Virus record (IMG/VR): IMGVR_UViG_3300032251_000001
Span: 1 to 64,000 of that record
Source of the DNA: a virus
Length of the DNA: 64,000 nucleotides
Direction: 5' to 3' (one strand)
In this document: one piece after another, positions 18,301-27,474 of the stretch
Layout of the letters: the number at the start of each line of letters is the position of its first letter
How positions within the stretch are numbered: the stretch's first letter is position 1
Notes under the pieces: model-generated
What the model was told of the DNA's origin: nothing
Database searches by the model: none
What the model saw: only the letters and a program-made list of their open reading frames with translations
Program-made: the position numbers and the translations under genes

Positions 18301-21300
18301 ATTAAGGCTGGTCGAAATATTCAGAAGTTTGCTAAGGATACTGCTATTAAAGCTGATAAGTATTTCTTTGGTGAGAAATCTGAAGATGAAAATGGTAAAG
18401 TTGTTCGTGAGGGTGGAGTATTTAAGGGAGTTAGAAACTTCTTTAATGATGAAATTCTTATGCCTACTAAAACATATTTATTTGGTCACTATAGAGATAT
18501 TGCTGGTGAGACATTTAGAACTGGTGGTATGTTTGACGTAATTAAAGGTAAATTTGAAGGTCTGTACAATAAAAGTAAAGACTTCTTATTTGGTAATAGT
18601 AAAAAAGATGGGGAAGACGGATGGTTCAATAAAGGATTTAAATATACTAAAGAACATATTCTAGACCCTATCGGTAGAAAGTTAAAAGAAACATTTAACG
18701 ACTTAACTTCTTTCTTTAAAGAAGAAATTTTCAAACCTATGAAAACTGTGTTTAGACCATTCTGGGAAGAATTCAAGCATCAGTTTACTAACATGAGAAA
18801 ATGGGGAGAAAAAGTAATCAAGTCTATGGCAGATAGCTTAAATGATAGATTTGCTGGATTCTATGGTAAATCATTTGGTGAAATGTTTAAGGAAAAGATT
18901 ATTGACCCTATGAGTTCTGCTCTTGAAGGAATTAGAAAGTCATTATTAAGTATTTTCAAAACTGTATTTAAAACACCTGTAAACATCTTAACTGATGCTG
19001 CTGGTAAACTTAGAGAGCGTCATGCTGGTCTAGGTATTGAGTACGGTAAGAAAGTATCGGGTGAACATTTAGCAGATAGTGCTTTTGGTATTAAAGTTAA
19101 GAACAAAAAAGAAAAGATTTCTATTAAAGATAGAATGAAGACTGCTAAAGAAAACCGTAAGAAAGAAAAAATAGATTTAAAGAACGAAACTATAGCAGCT
19201 AAGAAACAAGCTACAAATACTGCAAATATTTCTACACATGCTACAAAACAAACATCATTGCTTGAGAGAATTTTAAGTTCTATATCAAGAGCATTTGACC
19301 CTAAAGCTAAAAGTCCTAAGAGTGCTAAAAGTATCCGTAAAGATAAACAAAACACTTATGAAACACTATGGGGAGAGAACTCTGATGCGTTTAAGGCTGA
19401 AGGTTTAGACTCTTCTAATGGTTCTAAGTTTGGTGGAGATGGTAATAAAGTGCCTAAATCAAATTTAAAATCAAAATCAAGTGTTTCATCTACAGGATTG
19501 TCTAAAGCTGGAAATGTGGCAGAAATAGCTAACACTATGGATAATGTTGCAGATAATGCTCATGATGCGGCTATGTTAGCGGCTACAAGTAAGATGGCAC
19601 TTGATGCTAAACAATCTAGAGGATATCTAGGTTTCATTAGACGTTACCTACCTGCAAAATGGGGTAAAATATCATTTAAGAAATTATTAGGTGGTGGTAA
19701 AGGTCTAGGTGGAGCAGATGAACTTGAAGAAATGGCAAAGAGTAAAGGTCTAGGTGGTATATTTAGAGCTGTTTCAGCTCCATTTAGAATAGTTGGTAAG
19801 GCACTTGGTGATGTTGCAAAAGGTTTAGGTGGAGTATTAAAGAATATTCTTAAGATTCCTACTGCATTGTTAAATGGTATTGGTGAAGTCATATCAGGTA
19901 TTGGACCAGCATTAATTAATGGTATTGGTCATGTAGTAGAAGGTCTAGGTAGTGTTGTTAAAAATATTCTTACAGGAGCTAGTAGCTTACTTGAAAGTAT
20001 TGCATCATCTTTAAAAGGTGTAGCTGAAGGTTTAGGAAAAGCTGTTGGTAGTCTTATAGAAGGTTTTGGTTCACTTGTTAGTTCAATAGGTAGAGCTGTT
20101 GGTTCATTAATTGAAATGGCAGTAAACGCTATACCGTCAGTCATATCTGGATTAGCTCAATTAGGTGGAGGTTTACTTAATGGAGCAGGAAAAGCTGGCT
20201 CTAAGATAACATCTAAAAAAGATAGTAAAGATAAAGTAGGAATGGGATTATTTGGTAAGAATAAAGTTATGAACGTCAGAATTGTAGACGTTGAAACTCA
20301 ACCTCCAACCAAAGCACTAGCTGTGTATATAGTTCCACCTCCACACAAATTACCTGAAGCTACTATTAAAGCATTAGGTGATACTGCAGCTAAAGTTGAC
20401 AAAGCTAAGAAGAAGTTTGAAAAAACTAAAGTTGGTAGTAAGCTCAAAAATGCTACAGATAAACTTAAAGATAAGCTTGCTAAGAAAGATAAAGAAGGTA
20501 ATATAGTTAAGCGTAGATTTAACATCTTTAAGAAAAAATCAGAATCTCAATTACGTAATGATAAACAAAAAATGTATGAAAAGATGATGAAAAAGTCTGA
20601 TAGAAAAGCTGGTATTGATAAATTAGCTAAGCAAAAAGCTACTGAAGCTCGCAGATGGGAAAAGAAAGATAAGAAAGAAAAGAGTGCATTAGAGAAAAAA
20701 GGTATTAAAGATGCATTTAAGAAAGAAAAAGAAGAAAAGAAAAAACGTAGTAAACAAGAAAAAATGTATACTAAGTTAATGAAAAAGTCTGACGTGTTAG
20801 CTGAAAAAGAAAGAGTAAGTAAGTTAACTAAAAGTGAAAGAAAAGGCGAGAAAAAAGCTAACAGACTTCAAGAAAAGAAGCAAAAGAATTATAACAAACT
20901 TGTTAGAAAAGCTGATATGAAAGCTGGTCGTTCTAATGATAGAAATACAAGTGCAACAAAGATTGAAAATGCTAAGAATAAATTAGCTAATAGTGGTGGA
21001 GTTCAAGCTGTAAAAGCTAAAATTCAAGCTAAGAAGGACAAGAAAGCTGCTAAGAAGTTAAATAAAAAGAAGTTAACTTTTGCTGAAAGAACTGCTAGAA
21101 ACACAGGTGCTATTAACAAAGGATTCAAGAAACTTGGTGGATTCCTTAAGTTCTTATTCCCTGTTGTTGCTGGAATATTAAAGTGGTTCAAATCAACTAA
21201 ACTTGGTGCAATAGTTGCTAGAGGTGTTAGTAGTCTTGGTGGATTAATCTCTAAAGCTGTTGGAACACTGATTAATGGTATCGGAACTGTCATAGGTGGT

Positions 21301-23811
21301 TTATTTAAAGCTGCTAAATGGATTGGTGGTGGTGTTGTTAAGGCTGGTAAGTGGGTTGGTGGAAAAGCTCTCACTGCAGTTAAAAGTGGACTTACTACAG
21401 TTGGTGGAGGTTCTGCTGCTACAGGTGCTGCAGGTCTAGGATTAATAGCTGCTGGTGGTGCTGTTGCTGCTCATGACTATGCTAAAGCAAAAGAACGTGG
21501 TGAAGAAGGTCTTAAACTTGCTGGTAGTACTTTAATTGGTAATGCTGGTGATACAACTAAATCAATGCTACTTAATGGAGCTAAACAAGCTGCTAAGTGG
21601 GGTCTAGTTGGTGCTGGTATAGGTACTCTTATTCCAATCCCAGGTGTTGGTACATTACTTGGTGGTGGTATAGGTGCTTTAGCTGGTTTTGTTGCTGGTA
21701 TGTTCGGTTCAGACCCTGGTCCAACTATTGAGAAGATTAAAGGTGCTTTCTCAGGAATTGGTGATATGTTTAAATCATTGTGGAGTAACTTTGATGGTGT
21801 TATGGACAAAATTGGTCCAAACCTTAAGGCAATATTTGCAATGATAGTTAACCCAATTGGTACTTTATTTGGTAGTTTCTTTGGAAATTATGAAGATAAG
21901 AGTTTCATTCAAAAGATTATTTATGATGGTTTTATTAAAGTTAAAGCTGGATTATTTGATATTATTGATAAACTTACTGGTGGTTTTGCTACCAAGTTAA
22001 CTGAGTCTAAACCTTACAGAGTTATAATGGGTAGTATCCAACTTATAGGTACTGTTGTTAAGAAGACAATGGACTTCCTAGTAGGAGTTCTTTGGAAAGG
22101 CTTCAAGTGGGGTATTAGTACTATAATTAAAGTTCTTAAAACTACATTTAAAGTTATAGGTAAGGTTGCTAAAACCTTATGGAAGGTTGCTAAATTTATA
22201 TTTGGTATACCTAAATTTGTTAGAAGTACAATCAAGAAATATTTACTTAAACCTTTAGTTAATTTCTGGAAAGATAAAATTGCTCCAGCATTTGAGAAAG
22301 TTAAAGATTATTTTGGAGAGATTATTAATAGATACTTTGGTCCAGAAACTATAATAGGTAAAGGTATAGCTGTAATGAGTAATGTAATAAAGGGAATTGT
22401 TGATGTTATCGTAAAGGTAGCTAATGCTATAATCAAGGCTATCAATAAAATTCCTGGAGTTAAAGATATGGCTAAAATTGTTGTAGATAAAGCAGAAGAT
22501 GCTTATGACCAAGAAGCAGCTCAACAACAAGCTCGTTTAGATGCAATGAATGCTGAAGATAAAGCAAAAGAAGCAAGTGCTGCTGCTGAAGCTGGTGTAT
22601 CTAATGTAGACAATTCTGTAACAAATACTGTAAATAATAATAGTGAATTTGGCGAGTATGGTGCTAATGCTACTGAAGAGTATGGTATAAATACGAGTGG
22701 AGAGAGTATGTCTTCAGCAGGCTTCTCAGCTACTGACTACTTTGGTCAACAGCCTGGATTTAGAGGAGTTTCATCACCTTATGGTATGAGAATTCATCCT
22801 ATTGAAAAAGTTGAGAAAATGCACAATGGTATTGACTTTGCAGCTAATACAGGTACTCCTATTGCTGCTCCTATGGGTGGTAGAGTATTTGATGCTAAGT
22901 ATAAATCTACTGGATTCGGTAGACGTGTTGCACTTGTTGATGATAACGGTAATACACATATATTTGCACATCTACACAAAAACTTTGTTAATGCTGGAGA
23001 TATAGTAAAGCCTGGTCAAATTATTGGTGAGGTAGGTTCTACTGGTGGTTCTACTGGACCACACCTTCATTATGAAGTAAGAAAAGGTGAGGGATATAGT
23101 AAAGGTAGTTCAATTAACCCTAATAACTACCTATCAGGTGGTAACATGGGTGCTATGGCTGGTGCTATGGAAAGCTTTAGTACAGGTGGAACAGCTAGTA
23201 CCACTAAGAAATATTTAGATACTGATTCTGTTATGGCTAATGTATTTGGTTATAAGCAAGGTATTGATGATATCATGAATGGTGGAAAAGATACAACTTC
23301 TGGAATTGATTACTTTAGTAAGTCTACAGACACTTATGTTAATGGTGACACTACTGCCACTACTAATCTTAATGCAACTGCTTCTGTAGAGTATTCTCCA
23401 TCTACTGCAACATTAAAGACACAAGACAATATGACTCAAACAGTATCCGAATTGGCAACGGCAACAGCTGTTAGTAACGAACTTAATGCTAAGCAAGATA
23501 GTTCATCATCGTTTGCATCAATGATTGCGTTGTTACAAGAGATTAATCAGTCTAATCGTGAAATTGCTGACAAAGACGTTGTAGTGAATGTAGAAGTTCC
23601 TCAACACAGAGTTAGTAATAATAATGCGACAGAAACTAATTTAACTTCTAATAATGATGGTAACAATGATAATAATGGAAATGATGTTAAAGTTACAAGT
23701 CAAAATATATTTACACCTGTTCAGAATGAAATTAATTCTTATAATGAAGGTACATCAAAGAGTGCTTATGGGCTTAATGGTAAGACTAAAGTTATAGCAA
23801 TGGGTGTTTAA
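15334..23811 (+). CDS. tail tape-measure-like protein with C-terminal M23 peptidase
   Basis: 2825 aa; xxLFG repeats; 11-residue Gly/aliphatic periodicity; M23 motifs HNGID and STGPHLHYEV at about 22771-23085. Confidence 0.85.
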   Translation: MGYIKNVAKSFKYAAPAVVKQLVPHVASNYSQNKDLFTQTGRMLVDHKKLVDRGMKFWDKTGGELGRNVASDLKTGNLYNKERQDKVLDKMLGLDGDDDMDFGDMDAMFSDMDDGDADFGEGDDHSESSSDSGNVEVTNNKKYVADNRRVVNKVANVSNVRVQQGGNEGIEIKKLGGLNIMLNDRLIGGMETMSGQMAQMSEFTMSATNDFYKKSMEYYTTSTGLLGEISSNIESVGSHLEKHVEFFGMNKSKSSKKESDFERVITPEGAVDIGEYLKTIKKNMNGDGTGETVKQMFQAYVANPIGEILTDVISTRLPDAFKKAATQFNEVVAGIPAAFVLKMSTWANDDASNPIKKIIGKVFGMGTKWKTNSKLGDYEKGSIAFDGVTKKAITQVIPNLLSKILSAISGKGEMVFDYESGKFKDKKETLARRDKSIENMYSINSEGQEKVLKGIMKKEGWDAEKNVDEITQATKELDILFKTYAKRGQDIKKDLTQYDVGTNGFGSVSDMVLNRTNQHLQDSIGTDSAYGFNLSRDIADAKSSATRFFNNEMKGVENGSAQARLDGDLDKSSASSSAMFSNKNSSSIPEYLLETISLQEKMVGLLSLLVDCCPGGDGGGSAKAQAIVAGKADYKSIVGKINTNRKSLESGRAEAIQQQIFLEEQQKDEEEKKNQSDRDKAAGTVKDRVKGWKDAILNPISDIFEGDGSIKNKLGKIFSLPFTYLEKGLKSASKTMAQLFFGKDTKSKLGLFLKGLKDSITNPFKNFFFGKRNKDGVLEDGKEGFINKAVHWFDKDVKQPISNFLFGKSSKDKNGNLIKEGGLFNKIKTKFDDKILNPAKAFLFGSTKIDENGKKIKDIGLVNKMKVKLNQATFHFKKMLIGKDADGNDAARKDIHETSVLDSLKMRLQKTTDKLDTWLFGEKDKDGNRIAEGLINEDFKKKMMGAGIGSKLGELIMPGYGKYLGAVLGVVHQTEVVQDFLYNKENGVVIKAGRNIQKFAKDTAIKADKYFFGEKSEDENGKVVREGGVFKGVRNFFNDEILMPTKTYLFGHYRDIAGETFRTGGMFDVIKGKFEGLYNKSKDFLFGNSKKDGEDGWFNKGFKYTKEHILDPIGRKLKETFNDLTSFFKEEIFKPMKTVFRPFWEEFKHQFTNMRKWGEKVIKSMADSLNDRFAGFYGKSFGEMFKEKIIDPMSSALEGIRKSLLSIFKTVFKTPVNILTDAAGKLRERHAGLGIEYGKKVSGEHLADSAFGIKVKNKKEKISIKDRMKTAKENRKKEKIDLKNETIAAKKQATNTANISTHATKQTSLLERILSSISRAFDPKAKSPKSAKSIRKDKQNTYETLWGENSDAFKAEGLDSSNGSKFGGDGNKVPKSNLKSKSSVSSTGLSKAGNVAEIANTMDNVADNAHDAAMLAATSKMALDAKQSRGYLGFIRRYLPAKWGKISFKKLLGGGKGLGGADELEEMAKSKGLGGIFRAVSAPFRIVGKALGDVAKGLGGVLKNILKIPTALLNGIGEVISGIGPALINGIGHVVEGLGSVVKNILTGASSLLESIASSLKGVAEGLGKAVGSLIEGFGSLVSSIGRAVGSLIEMAVNAIPSVISGLAQLGGGLLNGAGKAGSKITSKKDSKDKVGMGLFGKNKVMNVRIVDVETQPPTKALAVYIVPPPHKLPEATIKALGDTAAKVDKAKKKFEKTKVGSKLKNATDKLKDKLAKKDKEGNIVKRRFNIFKKKSESQLRNDKQKMYEKMMKKSDRKAGIDKLAKQKATEARRWEKKDKKEKSALEKKGIKDAFKKEKEEKKKRSKQEKMYTKLMKKSDVLAEKERVSKLTKSERKGEKKANRLQEKKQKNYNKLVRKADMKAGRSNDRNTSATKIENAKNKLANSGGVQAVKAKIQAKKDKKAAKKLNKKKLTFAERTARNTGAINKGFKKLGGFLKFLFPVVAGILKWFKSTKLGAIVARGVSSLGGLISKAVGTLINGIGTVIGGLFKAAKWIGGGVVKAGKWVGGKALTAVKSGLTTVGGGSAATGAAGLGLIAAGGAVAAHDYAKAKERGEEGLKLAGSTLIGNAGDTTKSMLLNGAKQAAKWGLVGAGIGTLIPIPGVGTLLGGGIGALAGFVAGMFGSDPGPTIEKIKGAFSGIGDMFKSLWSNFDGVMDKIGPNLKAIFAMIVNPIGTLFGSFFGNYEDKSFIQKIIYDGFIKVKAGLFDIIDKLTGGFATKLTESKPYRVIMGSIQLIGTVVKKTMDFLVGVLWKGFKWGISTIIKVLKTTFKVIGKVAKTLWKVAKFIFGIPKFVRSTIKKYLLKPLVNFWKDKIAPAFEKVKDYFGEIINRYFGPETIIGKGIAVMSNVIKGIVDVIVKVANAIIKAINKIPGVKDMAKIVVDKAEDAYDQEAAQQQARLDAMNAEDKAKEASAAAEAGVSNVDNSVTNTVNNNSEFGEYGANATEEYGINTSGESMSSAGFSATDYFGQQPGFRGVSSPYGMRIHPIEKVEKMHNGIDFAANTGTPIAAPMGGRVFDAKYKSTGFGRRVALVDDNGNTHIFAHLHKNFVNAGDIVKPGQIIGEVGSTGGSTGPHLHYEVRKGEGYSKGSSINPNNYLSGGNMGAMAGAMESFSTGGTASTTKKYLDTDSVMANVFGYKQGIDDIMNGGKDTTSGIDYFSKSTDTYVNGDTTATTNLNATASVEYSPSTATLKTQDNMTQTVSELATATAVSNELNAKQDSSSSFASMIALLQEINQSNREIADKDVVVNVEVPQHRVSNNNATETNLTSNNDGNNDNNGNDVKVTSQNIFTPVQNEINSYNEGTSKSAYGLNGKTKVIAMGV

Positions 23812-23822
23812 GGAGGTACTAA

Positions 23823-25337
23823 ATGGGTTTATTTAAGAAAAGTGAAGTTAAGAAAAAACTAGAAATAATGAGAAAGGCTGGTTGGGATGCAGTATCAAAT
23901 CCCAACCTTGTTATTGAAGATGCCAAAGAATTTGGTCTACTTGATGAAGATAGTTCATTCTTCTATGAGATAGGTGTAGATGTATTTGGTGATGAATTAA
24001 TGAAAGTATGGTTTGGTGGAGAAGAGTCAGGTTATGGCTCTAATCCATTTGAACCTAATGAGTTTCTAGGTCAGCCACCGAGTTTTATAACTTCGGCTGA
24101 CCCTATGAAACGAGTTTATGGAAAAACAATCATGGCAGATATGCCTATGGTTAACTTAATTCCTGGTAGACCTCAATTTTATGCTTATGATAAAGCTATA
24201 CGAGTTAAGTATGGTAAAAATGGTAAGAATATTAGTGAAAAAGAATTACTAAATCTTATGGCTAATTTTGATGAAGGTGGGGATGATAAAGGTGGTATAG
24301 TTAGATGGTTATCTGATAGTGCAAAGAGTAATACATCTAACCGTGATTTAAGATACTATGGTTTTAGACCAACCTATGCAGACTATTTTGGTTATGCACA
24401 ACTATTGTTATCAACTGTAGCTGTAAAAATGGGTATATCTAACGGATTATACAACTTTAGAAATGAGTACTCAAAAGATTTCTATACATCTGGCTTGAGA
24501 TTTTACGCAGATAAGAGTACTTCTGTAACTGAATCGGCTAGTAATAATTTTGGTGCGTCTATGTTAGAGGGTGCTACTAAAGCAGTCTCAAGCACTATGA
24601 GAGAATTACAATTTCTTTTAGGTATTGATGTACACAAAAAAGATGCTCAAAATGTATCTTCAATGAATGATACAGTAAGAAAACAAATTGATGACATTTC
24701 ATCAAATGCAATATTTGATAAATTAACAGATAGTAGAAAAACAGTAAGTACAATTATGGGTGGTTCAAATATGCTCTACCCACATGTTTGGAAAGATTCA
24801 ACATTTGATAGAAGTTATAGTTTATCATTTAGATTTGTATCACCTTATGGTGACAAAGAGTCTATTTTCAAATATATTTATACACCTTTCTTATTATTGC
24901 TTGCATTGTCACTACCAAGACAAGATACACTTGCTGGATATTATAGTCCATTTATAGTTCGTGTAGATAGTCCTGGATACTTTACATGTGATATGGGTGT
25001 TGTAACTAGTCTTACATTTAAAAAGGGTGGTAATGATGGTTTATTTACTAAAGATGGATATCCATTAGAAATGGAAGTAAGTTTAAATATTAAAGACCTT
25101 TATCCTACTCTTATGGCAACTTCATCATATGCTGTTTTACGTCACAATATAGGATTGTCTGGTTTCTTAGATAACATGGCAACCTTAGATATTGAAAGAC
25201 TTGCAGATTTAGACCATCTTAAAGAAACAATTGCAATGAAGGGTGGTAATATTACAGGTTTCTTCAATAAGAAAATTCAAGGTATAGAGTCAGGATTATC
25301 TGAAAATGTTGGAAAAATATTCAGGGTAGTTAAATAA
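23823..25337 (+). CDS. baseplate/tail-tube junction protein (T4 gp48/gp54-like)
   Basis: follows the TMP; FDRSYSLSFRF...SPFIVRV...GVVTSLTF...LEMEVSLNIKDL tube-like beta pattern. Confidence 0.55.
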   Translation: MGLFKKSEVKKKLEIMRKAGWDAVSNPNLVIEDAKEFGLLDEDSSFFYEIGVDVFGDELMKVWFGGEESGYGSNPFEPNEFLGQPPSFITSADPMKRVYGKTIMADMPMVNLIPGRPQFYAYDKAIRVKYGKNGKNISEKELLNLMANFDEGGDDKGGIVRWLSDSAKSNTSNRDLRYYGFRPTYADYFGYAQLLLSTVAVKMGISNGLYNFRNEYSKDFYTSGLRFYADKSTSVTESASNNFGASMLEGATKAVSSTMRELQFLLGIDVHKKDAQNVSSMNDTVRKQIDDISSNAIFDKLTDSRKTVSTIMGGSNMLYPHVWKDSTFDRSYSLSFRFVSPYGDKESIFKYIYTPFLLLLALSLPRQDTLAGYYSPFIVRVDSPGYFTCDMGVVTSLTFKKGGNDGLFTKDGYPLEMEVSLNIKDLYPTLMATSSYAVLRHNIGLSGFLDNMATLDIERLADLDHLKETIAMKGGNITGFFNKKIQGIESGLSENVGKIFRVVK

Positions 25338-25366
25338 ATTCAATTTTAATAAATAAAATACTGAAT

Positions 25367-25378
25367 AACATAATTATA
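25367..25378 (+). promoter_or_regulatory. late-type promoter AACA-N6-TA
   Basis: AACA TAATTA TA upstream of rusA. Confidence 0.55.
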
Positions 25379-25407
25379 ATAAATATTATGTAGGGAGGTA
25401 ATAGAAT

Positions 25408-25971
25408 TTGTTTGATAAAAGTTTTGAAGATTTAATAGATATTGAAGATTATACTGATAAGGAACTTGAAAAAATACAACGTATAATAGAACAAGATGAA
25501 GATGAAAATCCTTTATATGAATTAGAGTTAGTTTATAGAGGACAACCAAAAGCAGCTCCAAGACCTAAAGTCAATAGAGCTAATGCAACAATGTATGACC
25601 CAGGTCAAAAGGATAAGAAAATGCTTAAATCATTTATCATAGAACAATTAGATGACATTGATAATTTTAAGTTAATCGAAGGTGAAATTGATATTGAACT
25701 TAAGATATATATCCCTATGATTAAGTCTATTAGAGATAGTAAAGTAAAACGTTATTTAGCTGAATCTGGAAAGTTAAGACCCTTAACAAGACCCGATATA
25801 GATAACTATGAAAAGACTGTTTATGATGCTATTAATGGTGTTGTCTTTGTAGATGATAGTCAGATAGTTGACGTTAGAGCAGAGAAATACTATTCAATTA
25901 TACCAAGAATAGAAATAAAATTAACATATCGAGAAAAACCACTGAAATGTTCAATAAATAAAAAGAAATAG
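25408..25971 (+). CDS. rusA: RusA-family Holliday junction resolvase
   Basis: RPDIDNYEKTVYDAINGVVFVDDSQIV matches the RusA catalytic motif. Confidence 0.92.
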   Translation: MFDKSFEDLIDIEDYTDKELEKIQRIIEQDEDENPLYELELVYRGQPKAAPRPKVNRANATMYDPGQKDKKMLKSFIIEQLDDIDNFKLIEGEIDIELKIYIPMIKSIRDSKVKRYLAESGKLRPLTRPDIDNYEKTVYDAINGVVFVDDSQIVDVRAEKYYSIIPRIEIKLTYREKPLKCSINKKK

Positions 25972-25982
25972 GAGGAATACGA

Positions 25983-26501
25983 ATGGAAGAGAACAAAATT
26001 GAAACCTCTTCATTACTAAGTCCAGAGGACTATAAGTTAATGAGTGAGATTAAGACTATTAAGAAACACATTATGTCATATATTGACCCACAAGTACTAG
26101 TAGACACTCTTAGAACTATAATTAATGACTCTAAAGTAGTTTCATTTAGAAGTAGTCGTGCAGAAAAGTTCATCAATATTAATAAACCTCTATTTTCAGT
26201 TGAAGTTGACAGAAGTCAATGTATTGAACTTTATCCAACAGAGCAATTCTCGACAGAGAAACAAGAGGCTGAATACTTTACGAATGTTATTCATGAAGAA
26301 GTTATAAATAGATTCACTACGTTCCTAGTGGAATCAATTTCAGATGAATCTGATTTAACAGAGTTCCTTAATAAGCAAGAAATATTTAAAGGTATCTCTA
26401 ATGAAAATATTGAAAACACTGCTGGAATGCTTACATCTATTTTTGGTATTAGAATGGATAATGAAGATATGAGTAAGCTAGCTTTTGAATTCTTAATTTA
26501 A
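25983..26501 (+). CDS. hypothetical protein
   Basis: GGAGG RBS; 172 aa ORF. Confidence 0.8.
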   Translation: MEENKIETSSLLSPEDYKLMSEIKTIKKHIMSYIDPQVLVDTLRTIINDSKVVSFRSSRAEKFININKPLFSVEVDRSQCIELYPTEQFSTEKQEAEYFTNVIHEEVINRFTTFLVESISDESDLTEFLNKQEIFKGISNENIENTAGMLTSIFGIRMDNEDMSKLAFEFLI

Positions 26502-26509
26502 AATAAAAA

Positions 26510-26548
26510 TCCCAATAGACTTATTATAGTCTATTGGGAATATTTTTA
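26510..26548. terminator. bidirectional terminator
   Basis: TCCCAATAGACT-TATTAT-AGTCTATTGGGA between convergent genes. Confidence 0.85.
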
Positions 26549-27463
26549 TCTCATATATGATATTGTTCTTGCATAATCTTGAGCATTTTTAGCACTTACT
26601 GAAATAAGCTTACACGTTGATAATGATTCTAAAATTGTGTAATGAATAACAGCTTCAGCCATTACATTGTCCATATTAAGGTCATTGTGTGATAAGCCAT
26701 CTTCATCAATATTTTCAGTCTTTTGGATTGAAATACAAGATTCAATGATACCTCTAAATAATGTTTTATCCTTATTTCTTTTATTGATATAAGAATGTCC
26801 ACTCTCTTGAGCTATTTCATCATCTTCTTTATTGATTTCAGCTAATTGTTTTTCACTAGCAATTACGTTAGTTACTTTATTCTTAACTATAGTAGATATC
26901 TTTTCAATATCTCCTTTAATCTCTTCATCAGCTTTAATCTCTTCAATTACTTCTTCTTTTTCTTCACCATCAGATTCAAGTAATACACCTACATAATCTT
27001 CTACAAGGTTGTACATTTCTCTCATTGATACTGATGCACATTTCTTAAAAGAATCCTCAGTAATAAGTTCTTGTTTAAATGATTCTTTAAGAAAATCTCT
27101 AATGTTTAAATTAATTCCTGCACCATTTTCTTCTAGATACCCTTTATCAAATACTAAACTATTAGTTATAGTTTCAGACATAATGTATACAAGTACGTCT
27201 TCAGTTAAACTCTTTCTAGCTTCAAGTCTAGCAGCCATTTCTCTTCTTCTAGAAGTTTTACTATAGTGTCCAGCATTCCCCATAGTGATTTCTTTCTTTA
27301 ATTCTAAAGTACCTCTAGCACTTTCTGAAAGAAATTCTTGATTGTCTCTTGTTTCTCTTAAAGCTTCTATAGCAGCAGCTCTGTTATTTCTTTTCTTACT
27401 TCCAAAGTTAGTATCCTTTGAAGGAATAAGTTTATTCATTTCTTGATAACTTCTCATAGTCAT
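26546..27463 (-). CDS. putative head (virion) protein with several xxE-S processing-like motifs
   Basis: AAGGAG RBS; FLSES, LTED, LLES, AQES, IIES; co-transcribed with baseplate genes. Confidence 0.55.
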   Translation of the reverse strand: MTMRSYQEMNKLIPSKDTNFGSKKRNNRAAAIEALRETRDNQEFLSESARGTLELKKEITMGNAGHYSKTSRRREMAARLEARKSLTEDVLVYIMSETITNSLVFDKGYLEENGAGINLNIRDFLKESFKQELITEDSFKKCASVSMREMYNLVEDYVGVLLESDGEEKEEVIEEIKADEEIKGDIEKISTIVKNKVTNVIASEKQLAEINKEDDEIAQESGHSYINKRNKDKTLFRGIIESCISIQKTENIDEDGLSHNDLNMDNVMAEAVIHYTILESLSTCKLISVSAKNAQDYARTISYMR

Positions 27464-27474
27464 AAGACTCCTTT

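Noticed and set aside
15582-22979. Numerous 60-126 aa ORFs inside or antisense to the tape-measure gene (and similar ones in RNAP, baseplate and groEL genes)
   Set aside because: Expected shadow ORFs of biased codon usage; no RBS or motif
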